Origin: Edaphobacter aggregans
Lineage (GTDB): Bacteria > Acidobacteriota > Terriglobia > Terriglobales > Acidobacteriaceae
DNA: 32,000 bases
Reading direction: 5' to 3'
Assembly (NCBI RefSeq): GCF_003945235.1
Contig: NZ_RSDW01000001.1
Span: forward strand, 4,410,001-4,442,000
Below the pieces are notes generated by a model. The model was not told the origin of the DNA and made no database searches. It saw nothing but the letters and a program-made list of their open reading frames with translations. Positions 17,759 through 25,325 of the stretch are shown in pieces. Positions within the stretch are counted from its first letter, which is position 1, and the number at the start of each line of letters is the position of its first letter. A program made the translations under genes and the position numbers.

Positions 17759-18196
17759 ATGAGCCAGGAAGTCGTCGTTGTCGCCGACCCCATCATGGGG
17801 CGTCTCGAGGATCAGATCGCGTGGTATGACTGCAAGAGCCTCCAAAATCAGCACGTCTATAAGCGGATCAAAGTTGTTGAGATACTGGCTGCTGCAACGA
17901 TTCCGCTCATTGCTGCCCTGCCTATCCCCCATCAGGCGGTCATTACAGGCAGCCTTGGCGTCTTGATTACTGTGCTCGAAGGGCTGATTCACCTTAACCA
18001 GTACCAGCAGAACTGGATCGCATACAGATCGACTTGCGAGGCTCTCAGGCACGAGAAATATGTCTACCTCGGTAAGGCGTCTCCGTATGCGGGCGTAGCG
18101 GATGCGTATGCTCTGCTGGCTGAACGAATTGAATCTCTGGTCTCGCAGGAGCACGCTAAGTGGGCTGCCTCGCAGTCTCAGGAGAGCAAGAAATAG
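17759..18196 (+). CDS. DUF4231 / SLATT-family two-transmembrane-helix protein (145 aa)
   Basis: The pattern LEDQIAWYDCKSLQNQHVYKRIK is followed by two hydrophobic helices (VVEILAAATIPLIAALPI, nt ~17873-17926; AVITGSLGVLITVLEGLIHL, nt ~17936-17995). The conserved post-TM segment follows: NWIAYRSTCEALRHEKYVYLGKASPY. SD AGGAG lies 11 nt upstream, 27 nt after the OMP stop. Confidence 0.7.
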   Translation: MSQEVVVVADPIMGRLEDQIAWYDCKSLQNQHVYKRIKVVEILAAATIPLIAALPIPHQAVITGSLGVLITVLEGLIHLNQYQQNWIAYRSTCEALRHEKYVYLGKASPYAGVADAYALLAERIESLVSQEHAKWAASQSQESKK

Positions 18197-18316
18197 GCTA
18201 AGTGTCTCCCGCTCAACTACGGTTTTTGATGTACCCTCTATCCCGTACTTCGAGTCCTAAAGTCTTCGAAACAGATGGCATAGGTCTGGACTTGCCCCGA
18301 ACCCTGTGTCAGAAAA

Positions 18317-18352
18317 GAAGAGCCCGGCTTTCGCCGGGCTTCTCGTTTTTCT
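18317..18352. terminator. Bidirectional rho-independent terminator between the SLATT operon (+) and the GH3 gene (-)
   Basis: Perfect 8-bp GC-rich stem AGCCCGGC/GCCGGGCT (18321-18328 / 18333-18340) with loop TTTC. It is flanked by CAGAAAAGA on the left (a T-run on the minus strand) and CGTTTTTCTTCT on the right. Confidence 0.65.
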
Positions 18353-18403
18353 TCTGAGTTAAGTTTATCAGCGACGTCAAGCATCGTTGTGGAAAAGCAG
18401 ACT

Positions 18404-20620
18404 CTACTGCACCTGTAGAGTGGCGTGCAGCGGGAGGTCGCGGGAGGATGTTCCGGCCGTGACTTTGTAGTCGCCGGGGAGGAGTTGCCAGGCGTTCTTG
18501 TCTGTGTCGAAGACCGAGAGGTAGAGCTGGTTGAGGGGCAGGGTTACGTCTTTCGATTCGCCGGGGGCTAGTTTGACTCGCTGCCAGGCTACGAGACGCT
18601 TGAAGTTTTCGTTGGCGGCAGTGGGTAGTGCGGCGTAGACCTGGGCGATCTCTGTACCTTCCTGCTTGCCGGTGTTGCGTACCGTGAAGTGGACTGTGCG
18701 CTTTGCGTTGTCCACGGTGAGGCCGGAGTACGCGAAGGTGGTGTAGGACAGGCCGTAGCCGAAGGGGAAGAGCGGCTGCTTGTTCATGGCGTCGAACCAC
18801 TTGTAGCCGACTTTCGCGCCTTCGGAGTAGGGGAGGTCGAAGGCGCCCACTTCCTGATGCCGGTCGTCGGAGACTACCTTGCCCGCGCGGTCGAGTCCGG
18901 GGACGATGGGGTGGGGCAGGTCGGCTTCGGTTTTGGCGAAGGTTACGGGGAGCTTGCCGGAGGGGTTGACGTCGCCGAAGAGGATGTTGGCGAGGGCCTG
19001 GGCTCCGCCGATGCCAGGGTACCAGGTTTCGACGATGCCTTTGACTCGGTCGGCCCAAGGCATGCTGACGGGGCCGCCGGTTTCAAGCACGACGATGGTG
19101 TTGGGGTTTGCGGCCGCGACGGCTTCAACAAGCGCGTCCTGATTGTGCGGGAGTGAGAGGGTTGGGGAGTCGTGGCCTTCGCTCATCCACTGGGTGACGA
19201 AGACGATGGCTACACTGGAGTTTTTGGCGAGTTGCGCGGCAGCTGCGAGGTCTTCTCCGCTGTTGAATTGAATGTTCGCCTTAGGAGCCTTGGCGCTGAT
19301 GTATTTGAGCGGCGAGGAGGGGAAGTAGACAGGCTTGCCCCAGACTGCGCCACCGGGCTTGTGATCGACGGCATCGCCGCCTGGTGAGTCGACCTGTGCG
19401 GAGCCGCCACCGGAGAGGATGCCTACGTCGGCGTGTCCTCCGATGAGGGCGATGGAGGGGGTGGAGGACTTGAGTGGGAGCAGGTTGTTCTGGTTCTTGA
19501 GGAGGACGATGCTTTCTTCGGCGATGTGCTGGGCGTCTTCGAGGCCGCGGAAGGGATCGACGACGGTGCGGACGGGCGGGTTGTCGATGACGCCTGCGTC
19601 GAACATGCTGCGCAGGATTCGGTGCACCATGTCGTCAACACGTGCCTGAGGGACTTGCCCGTCTTCGACGGCCTTCTTCAGCGGTGCGCCGAAGTGGTTG
19701 TCGTCACCGGGCATCTCCTGGTCGAGGCCAGCGAGGGCGGCTTTGACTGTGCTGTGGGTTGCGGCCCAGTCGGAGACGACCCAGCCCTTGAACTTGAAGT
19801 CCTTCTTGAGGACCTGATTGAGGAGGTAGTCGTTCTCACAGGCCCAGTCGCCGTTTACGAGGTTGTAGGAGCACATGACGGCTGATGGATCGGCGATATC
19901 GAGGGCGATCTGGAAGGCGAGCAGGTCGGACTCGCGCATGGCCTTTTTGTCGAGCTGCGTGTTGACGACGTTGCGCCCGGTCTCCTGATCGTTCATGGCA
20001 TAGTGCTTGATGTCGCTGAGGATGTGCTCGGACTTGACGCCCTTCATGAGGTTGCCGGTCATTGTTCCGGCCAGGACCGGGTCTTCGCCGGCATACTCGA
20101 AGTTGCGACCGTTGCGTGGTTCGCGCATGATGTCGACGCCGCCACCGATGGACATGTTTGAGCCCCAGGCGCGGAGCTCGCGGCCGATGACGGAGCCGTA
20201 GAGGAAGGCTGCGTCGGGGTTCCAACTGGAGGCTGCGCCGAGCGTGGAGGGAAGGAGTGTGGCGTAGCGGCTTTGATAGGCGGCCATGCGCAGGCCTACG
20301 GCGGAGTCGGCGAGGTCGATGCCGGGGATGCCGAGGCGCTCGATGCCGGGCATGTAGCCGGCGGCGAAGTTGGAGTGGGGATCGACGGGAGCGCCTTTGC
20401 GAAGGACTCCCCAGCCGGCGCCGTGGACCATGGAGATCTTTTCGTCGAGGGTCAGCTCCTTGAGGACGAGGTCGGCGCGCTCATCGGGGGAGAGGGCCTT
20501 GTTCATCCAGGGCATTTTGGATGTGTCGGGATGGGTTTCGGCGTGTGCGGGTGTGTGAGTGATGCAGGCGAGGACCAGTGCGGCCAAAATAGTCTTCAGG
20601 TGATGCTTCGAACGTGACAT
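18404..20620 (-). CDS. Secreted GH3 beta-glucosidase/beta-xylosidase-type glycoside hydrolase (738 aa)
   Basis: Signal peptide (LKTILAALVLACITHTPAHA). GH3 N-terminal domain with the nucleophile motif KGWVVSDW. C-terminal GH3 and fibronectin-like regions (LPYSEGAKVGYKWFD, FPFGYGLSYTTF). Confidence 0.9.
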   Translation of the reverse strand: MSRSKHHLKTILAALVLACITHTPAHAETHPDTSKMPWMNKALSPDERADLVLKELTLDEKISMVHGAGWGVLRKGAPVDPHSNFAAGYMPGIERLGIPGIDLADSAVGLRMAAYQSRYATLLPSTLGAASSWNPDAAFLYGSVIGRELRAWGSNMSIGGGVDIMREPRNGRNFEYAGEDPVLAGTMTGNLMKGVKSEHILSDIKHYAMNDQETGRNVVNTQLDKKAMRESDLLAFQIALDIADPSAVMCSYNLVNGDWACENDYLLNQVLKKDFKFKGWVVSDWAATHSTVKAALAGLDQEMPGDDNHFGAPLKKAVEDGQVPQARVDDMVHRILRSMFDAGVIDNPPVRTVVDPFRGLEDAQHIAEESIVLLKNQNNLLPLKSSTPSIALIGGHADVGILSGGGSAQVDSPGGDAVDHKPGGAVWGKPVYFPSSPLKYISAKAPKANIQFNSGEDLAAAAQLAKNSSVAIVFVTQWMSEGHDSPTLSLPHNQDALVEAVAAANPNTIVVLETGGPVSMPWADRVKGIVETWYPGIGGAQALANILFGDVNPSGKLPVTFAKTEADLPHPIVPGLDRAGKVVSDDRHQEVGAFDLPYSEGAKVGYKWFDAMNKQPLFPFGYGLSYTTFAYSGLTVDNAKRTVHFTVRNTGKQEGTEIAQVYAALPTAANENFKRLVAWQRVKLAPGESKDVTLPLNQLYLSVFDTDKNAWQLLPGDYKVTAGTSSRDLPLHATLQVQ

Positions 20621-20829
20621 CTATAACTCCCTGGCGGATTGTGGCCGCTTACATGGTGGCTTTTACGACGACGAAGATATGCTTCGCGGAGGCGTGAGAA
20701 GTGTAAATCAACTAAAACGATATAGGTAAGGCTTTTTAGATTAAATATGGTGCTGAAACGTTTGTCTACTGGGTTTCCGAGCACCACACTTTTTCGGCAG
20801 CCCGTTTTCGTCTCGGCGTGGGAATCGGT

Positions 20830-21261
20830 TTATTTTGCGAAGAGCTGGCTGATGTCCGCGAAGGCTTTGAATTCAAGGGCGTTTCCGGCCGGGTCGAGGA
20901 AGAACATGGTGGCCTGTTCGCCGACTTCGCCTTTGAAGCGGATGTAGGGCTCGATGATGAAGGTGATTCCTGCGTTGCGCAGGCGATCGGCAAGGGCCTC
21001 CCATGTCGCCATGGGGAGAACGACTCCGAAGTGGGGGACAGGGACATCGTGGCCGTCGACAGGGTTGTGGTGGGCGTCGGTTTTTGCGGAGAGCTTCAGG
21101 TGGGCGACGATCTGGTGACCGAAGAGGTCGAAGTCAATCCACTGGGCGGAGCTGCGGCCTTCGGGACAGCCTAGAGTCGTTCCGTAGAAGGCTCGGGCGG
21201 CATCGAGGTCGTCGACGGGGAAGGCGATGTGAAAGGGGGTGAAAGGCATTGCTTCAATCAT
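20830..21261 (-). CDS. VOC (glyoxalase/bleomycin-resistance/dioxygenase) superfamily protein
   Basis: [27 protein letters not shown]...HFGVVL...LEFKAF matches the VOC fold pattern. The track start at 21333 would overlap the upstream kinase gene by 41 nt with a low-complexity leader. I prefer ATG 21261 (MIEAMPF); ATG 21249 is an alternative. Confidence 0.7.
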   Translation of the reverse strand: MIEAMPFTPFHIAFPVDDLDAARAFYGTTLGCPEGRSSAQWIDFDLFGHQIVAHLKLSAKTDAHHNPVDGHDVPVPHFGVVLPMATWEALADRLRNAGITFIIEPYIRFKGEVGEQATMFFLDPAGNALEFKAFADISQLFAK

Positions 21262-21292
21262 ACGATCATGGCCCGGGGCGCGTCGTTGTGAC

Positions 21293-22753
21293 TTAGGTGT
21301 TGGCGGGAAGACGGACGACGAACTCGGTGTCACCGGGCATGGAGGTGAAGTGGATGGTGCCGCCGTACTGCTCGACGATGCGATGCACGATGCCGAGGCC
21401 GAGGCCGGTGCCTACGCCGACGGGTTTGGTGGTGTAGAAAGTGTCGAAGATCTGAGTTTGGCTTTCCAATGGGATGCCGCTGCCGTTGTCGCTGATGCGG
21501 ATGCAGAGGTAGGTTTGATCTTTACCGGCAGAGAGCGTTTTCTCGGCCCACGTGCGAATGCTGATTCGTCCGCGCTGCGGGATAGCGTCTATTGCGTTGT
21601 CGAGGAGATTGGTCCAGATCTGATTTAGGCCGGAGCATTCGGAGTGGAGGAGGGGAAGGTCGGGGGTGAGGTCTTTTTCTAGGGTGACTTCTTTTTCGCG
21701 GAGTTTGTGGCCGAGGATAACGAGCGTGGCGTGGATGCTGTTGTTGATGTCGACACTTTGAAGCTTGCCCTTGCCCTCGTAGGCGTAGGATTTGACTGCC
21801 ATTACGAGGTCGGAGACTCGACCGATGCTCTCTTCGATGGTGCCGACGAGTTGCATGCTGGATACGAGGGCATCGAGCCAGCTTAGAGCGTCGGAGAAGG
21901 TTTCGCCGGGGAATTGGGTGCGGGCGCACTCGAGTTGCGTGGAGTTGAGGCCGGCAGAGACTAGTGTGGGGGCCATCTTCCAGGCGTTGGGGAGATTGGC
22001 GGCTTCCATCCATTCGGCGAGGGCTTCTTCGGCGTCGCTCTGTTCGAGTGAGTTCATGACGGCTTGCGGCTTCGAGGAGAGCGCTCGCTCCTGCAGGTCG
22101 AACATGCACTCTTTCTGCTCGGCGGTCATGGCGGTTTTGCTGAATTTGGCGGAGAGCTCGTGCATGCGCATGAGATTTTCGCGGAGCTGGGAGGCGGCCC
22201 GACGAGCGGCGGCGCCGGGGTTGTTGAGTTCGTGCATCAAGCCCGCAGCGAGGGTGCCGAGGGAGGCCATTTTTTCCTGCTGGACGGTCGCGCCCTGAAG
22301 TTTGAGGAAGCGATTGGCCATGTTGCCGAGGATGGCTTTGCGGACGTCGGGGCAACTGGTCATAAGGTGCCAGAACTGCTCTTCGCCGAATTGCAGCAGG
22401 TGGCTTGGCGCGACTGCCTGCAGATTGGCGATGTTGGGGATGTTGGCGAGCAGAGGAACTTCGCCGAAGGCGCTGCCGGCTGGGATGTTGGCCAACGTGG
22501 CTTCGTTGCCGTCGGCGAGTTTCTGGACGAGACGGAGCTCGCCTTCGAGGAGGATCCAGAAGAAGTGAGCGGCCTCTCCCTGGCGCGCGATGATGTCGCC
22601 GGGGTGGATGTGGATCTCCTGGACTTCATCCAGACAGAGAAGCTCATCCTCTTTGAGCGAGGACAGGATGGGGACCGTGCGAAGCTTCTCGATCATGGCC
22701 TCGCTCATCTTCTCGGTGCGTTCATTCTGGACTGCCTGGGATTGGTCGCTCAT
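21293..22753 (-). CDS. Sensor histidine kinase with an N-terminal CAP/cNMP-binding-like effector domain
   Basis: cNMP-binding-fold pattern ([47 protein letters not shown]...[10 protein letters not shown]). H-box [17 protein letters not shown]-box [11 protein letters not shown]1 [10 protein letters not shown]2 GTGLGLGIV. Start moved from the track's 22846 to ATG 22753 (MSDQSQAV), 23 nt after the upstream gene's stop. Confidence 0.85.
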   Translation of the reverse strand: MSDQSQAVQNERTEKMSEAMIEKLRTVPILSSLKEDELLCLDEVQEIHIHPGDIIARQGEAAHFFWILLEGELRLVQKLADGNEATLANIPAGSAFGEVPLLANIPNIANLQAVAPSHLLQFGEEQFWHLMTSCPDVRKAILGNMANRFLKLQGATVQQEKMASLGTLAAGLMHELNNPGAAARRAASQLRENLMRMHELSAKFSKTAMTAEQKECMFDLQERALSSKPQAVMNSLEQSDAEEALAEWMEAANLPNAWKMAPTLVSAGLNSTQLECARTQFPGETFSDALSWLDALVSSMQLVGTIEESIGRVSDLVMAVKSYAYEGKGKLQSVDINNSIHATLVILGHKLREKEVTLEKDLTPDLPLLHSECSGLNQIWTNLLDNAIDAIPQRGRISIRTWAEKTLSAGKDQTYLCIRISDNGSGIPLESQTQIFDTFYTTKPVGVGTGLGLGIVHRIVEQYGGTIHFTSMPGDTEFVVRLPANT

Positions 22754-22776
22754 CGCTGTTGTCGGGGTATGCCCTT

Positions 22777-24423
22777 TCAGAGTGTTGCAAGATATTGGTG
22801 CACGAATTGGATTGCGATGGAGCCCTCGCCTACCGCGGAGGCGCATCGTTTGACGGAGTTATAGCGGACGTCGCCGGCCACAAAGATACCGGGGACGCTG
22901 GTTTCGAGGAGATAGGGGTCGCGGTCGAGCTTCCATGCCCCGGGGGCCTTGGCTTTGAGATCGGGGCCGGCGAGCACGAAGCCCTTGCTGTCGCAGACGA
23001 GTTCCTTGGGGAGCCAGTCGGTCTTGGGTGCGGCACCGATGAAGATGAACAGGGAGGAGGTTGAACGCTCCTCCTGGCCGGTCGGGGTCTTCAGCGTCAA
23101 CGTCTCAAGGTGGCTGTTGCCGTTCATCGCAGTGACCTCAGTGCAGGTCTCGACGACGATATTGGGGGTGGCGCCGATCTGGTCGATCAGGTACTTCGAC
23201 ATGCTCTTTTCGAGGGAGTCGCCGCGTATGAGCATATGGACCTTGGCTGCATAGCGAGCGAAGTGCATGGCTGCCTGCCCTGCGGAGTTGGCGCCTCCGA
23301 CGATGTAGACGGTTTCGTTGGCGCAGGCCATGGCTTCGGTGAGTGCCGCGCCGTAGTAGACGCCGGCTCCGCTGAACTTGTCGGCTCCGGGAACGTCGAG
23401 CATGCAGTAGGCGACGCCAGTAGCGAGAAGGCACACGTGACAGGTAATCTCGCTGCCGTCCTTCATCTGGACGATCTGGTACTGGTTCTCAGAGCGGATG
23501 CAGGTTACGCGCTGAAGGAGGAACTCTGCACCGAGGCGGCTTGCCTGGAGGAAGGCGCGCTTGGCGAGCTCGTCGCCGCTGAGGCCGGAGGGGAAGCCGA
23601 GATAATTTTCGATCTTGGAGCTGGAGCCTGCCTGGCCTCCGGGAGCGTTGGGTTCGACGATGAGGGTGCGAAGGCCTTCCGAGGCTCCGTAGACGCCTGC
23701 AGCCAGACCTGCAGGACCGGCTCCGATCACAACGACGTCGTAGAACTTCTGCTGAGCCTGGGTGGGTATACCTACCTTATTCGCCAGCTCGGTGATGCTC
23801 GGCTGCACGAGAGCGGTGCCGTCACCGAAGAGGACGACCGGGAGTTTGGCGTCATCGATGCCCTTTTCTTTCAAAAGCGCGAGTGCGTCGGGATTCTGCT
23901 CCGGGTTCAGAGACTGGTAGGGAATGCGGTTTCGCGAGAGGAAGTCGCGGATTTCGTGGTCCATCGGGGACCAGCGGACGCCGATGACGCGGATGCCTTC
24001 GAAGGGGGGCTTGTAACCCTGCTTCCAAGCTTCGAGGAGGTCATCGAGGACGGGGTAGAGCTTTTCTTCGGGCGGGTCCCAGGGCTTGTTGAGGTAGTAG
24101 TGAATTTTGGCGGAGTTGATGGCGCGGATGGCCGCTTCGGTGTCGGCGTAAGCGGTCAGAAGGACTCGCTTGGCGTCGGGATAGATCGTCAGGGCATGCT
24201 GGAGAAAATCGACGCCGGTCATGCCGGGCATGCGCTGGTCCGATAGGAAGAGGGCAACGATGTCGTTGCGTTCCTTGAGTTGGCGGCAGATATCCAAAGC
24301 GGCGGCCCCGGAGGCGGCACGGACGATTCGGTAGTCCTGACCGTAGTTACGGCGCAGGTCCTGGACTACGGCTTCCAGTACGCTGATGTCGTCGTCGATT
24401 GCTAGGAGAATTGGCTTCGGCAT
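22777..24423 (-). CDS. Response-regulator receiver fused to a thioredoxin-reductase-like FAD/NAD(P)H oxidoreductase (548 aa)
   Basis: REC domain with an acidic pocket (LLAIDDD) and a phospho-acceptor context (ALFLSDQRMPGMTG). A ~90-aa linker domain follows. FAD site VVVIGAGPAGLAAGVYGA. NAD(P)H site VYIVGGANSAGQAAMHFA. C-terminal GIFVAGDVR. Confidence 0.85.
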   Translation of the reverse strand: MPKPILLAIDDDISVLEAVVQDLRRNYGQDYRIVRAASGAAALDICRQLKERNDIVALFLSDQRMPGMTGVDFLQHALTIYPDAKRVLLTAYADTEAAIRAINSAKIHYYLNKPWDPPEEKLYPVLDDLLEAWKQGYKPPFEGIRVIGVRWSPMDHEIRDFLSRNRIPYQSLNPEQNPDALALLKEKGIDDAKLPVVLFGDGTALVQPSITELANKVGIPTQAQQKFYDVVVIGAGPAGLAAGVYGASEGLRTLIVEPNAPGGQAGSSSKIENYLGFPSGLSGDELAKRAFLQASRLGAEFLLQRVTCIRSENQYQIVQMKDGSEITCHVCLLATGVAYCMLDVPGADKFSGAGVYYGAALTEAMACANETVYIVGGANSAGQAAMHFARYAAKVHMLIRGDSLEKSMSKYLIDQIGATPNIVVETCTEVTAMNGNSHLETLTLKTPTGQEERSTSSLFIFIGAAPKTDWLPKELVCDSKGFVLAGPDLKAKAPGAWKLDRDPYLLETSVPGIFVAGDVRYNSVKRCASAVGEGSIAIQFVHQYLATL

Positions 24424-24648
24424 ACCCTAGTTATACTTCGGCTTGCAACTTTGAGACAGAACACACCGCATATGATTGGATTGTGCATGACGGTTTGAGG
24501 GTTCAGAAAACATATCGTGTTGATTACTAAGGCTCTGGCGGCCAATGCCAAGGTTGTCCGAATTGCAGACATTGTTGTTGAGGCGCCGCTATCCGCCGAT
24601 GAGGGGATTGGCGGGGCAAACGATCCCGCGGCAGGAGATAAGATAGCT

Positions 24649-25305
24649 ATGAATCGACTCATTCTCGCGGATAACCAGGCGATCTTCCGGGCTGGTGCGG
24701 CACGTGTTCTGGCATTGGAGGACGATATGCGTATCGTCGCTCAGTGCGAAGATTTGACGAAGCTTTCATCCTCTGTCGAGGGATTTCGAGGCGCGATTGT
24801 TCTGGTTGCCTCCAGTTTGCGTCCCGATTTGTCGAGGCTGGTAGCGCAGGCGCGTGGGCTTGGGAGCAAGGTCATTCTGATTACTGAGAACACCGAGCAC
24901 GTTCCGGACGAGATTGGGACGCAGCTTGATGGCGTGGTTTGCAGGAGTGTCGCCGGGACGGATCTTGTGGATTCGGTACGTCGTGTCGCGCGTGGGCAGC
25001 GGTTTGTGCAGCGCGTGAATGTGACGACTATGCAGGCTACCGATAGCGTAGGAACGCGGGTACGTGACAGGCTGACGCCTAAGGAGATGCAGATTGTCGC
25101 GTTGATCGCTCAGGGGTGCAAGAACAAGGAGATCGCGCTGCAGCTCGGCACCAAGGAGCAGGTCATCAAGAATTATCTGCGGGGAATTTACGACAAGACA
25201 GGTGTCTCAGACCGGCTGGAACTGGCGCTGTTTACGATTCACCACCGTGTGCTGGCAGAGGCCGCGGCGAAGGCAGGGAATTTGATTCAGATGAAGACGG
25301 CATAG
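24649..25305 (+). CDS. LuxR/FixJ-family DNA-binding regulator with an atypical (Asp-less) receiver-like domain
   Basis: C-terminal LuxR HTH (LTPKEMQIVALIAQGCKNKEIALQLGTKEQVIKNYLRGIYDKTGVSDRLELALF). The N-terminal domain aligns to NarL-type receivers. I prefer the start at ATG 24649 (MNRLILADNQ), with AGGAGA 10 nt upstream, over the track's 24517. Confidence 0.8.
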   Translation: MNRLILADNQAIFRAGAARVLALEDDMRIVAQCEDLTKLSSSVEGFRGAIVLVASSLRPDLSRLVAQARGLGSKVILITENTEHVPDEIGTQLDGVVCRSVAGTDLVDSVRRVARGQRFVQRVNVTTMQATDSVGTRVRDRLTPKEMQIVALIAQGCKNKEIALQLGTKEQVIKNYLRGIYDKTGVSDRLELALFTIHHRVLAEAAAKAGNLIQMKTA

Positions 25306-25325
25306 GGCGCTGGAACTATGAGATT

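Larger units (their letters stand above)
9880..18400. other. Compositionally distinct (lower-GC) segment, a possible horizontally acquired island with no recognisable mobility genes
   Basis: I hand-counted G+C in 60-nt lines. Inside the segment most lines give 27-30 of 60 (lines starting 9901, 10441, 13021, 15541, 17041, 18181); one line at 13801 gives 35. Flanking genes give 39-42 of 60 (lines 4441, 8521, 18421, 19021). The edges coincide with the araB start (9877) and the GH3 stop (18404). Confidence 0.6.

Noticed and set aside
10100-18269. 10-nt direct repeat AAGTCTTCGA at 10100-10109 and 18260-18269, near both edges of the low-GC segment (a possible att-like scar)
   Set aside because: A shared 10-mer between two intergenic stretches of a few hundred nt is expected by chance at roughly the 5-10 percent level by my rough estimate. 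The repeats are embedded in TCGA-rich local palindromes, and no integrase or tRNA is present. This is insufficient evidence.
18309-20617. ORFs 18309-19058 (-, 249 aa, R/P-rich), 18689-19156 (+), 19433-19885 (+) and 20273-20617 (+)
   Set aside because: They are off-frame or antisense overlaps of the GH3 gene with biased composition. ORF 18309-19058 would also run through the terminator hairpin.
20830-21333. Longer start choices from the track: 21333 for the VOC gene, 22846 for the kinase, 24517 for the LuxR regulator
   Set aside because: The extensions overlap upstream genes or add low-complexity leaders not seen in these families. Internal ATGs (21261, 22753, 24649) give canonical N-termini.
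21522-24246. ORFs 21522-22355 (-), 21792-22298 (+), 22064-22864 (+) and 23110-24246 (+)
   Set aside because: They are alternative or antisense frames over the histidine kinase and REC-flavoprotein genes. Their products are R/P/G-rich low complexity. The annotated frames carry H/N/G boxes and dinucleotide-binding motifs.
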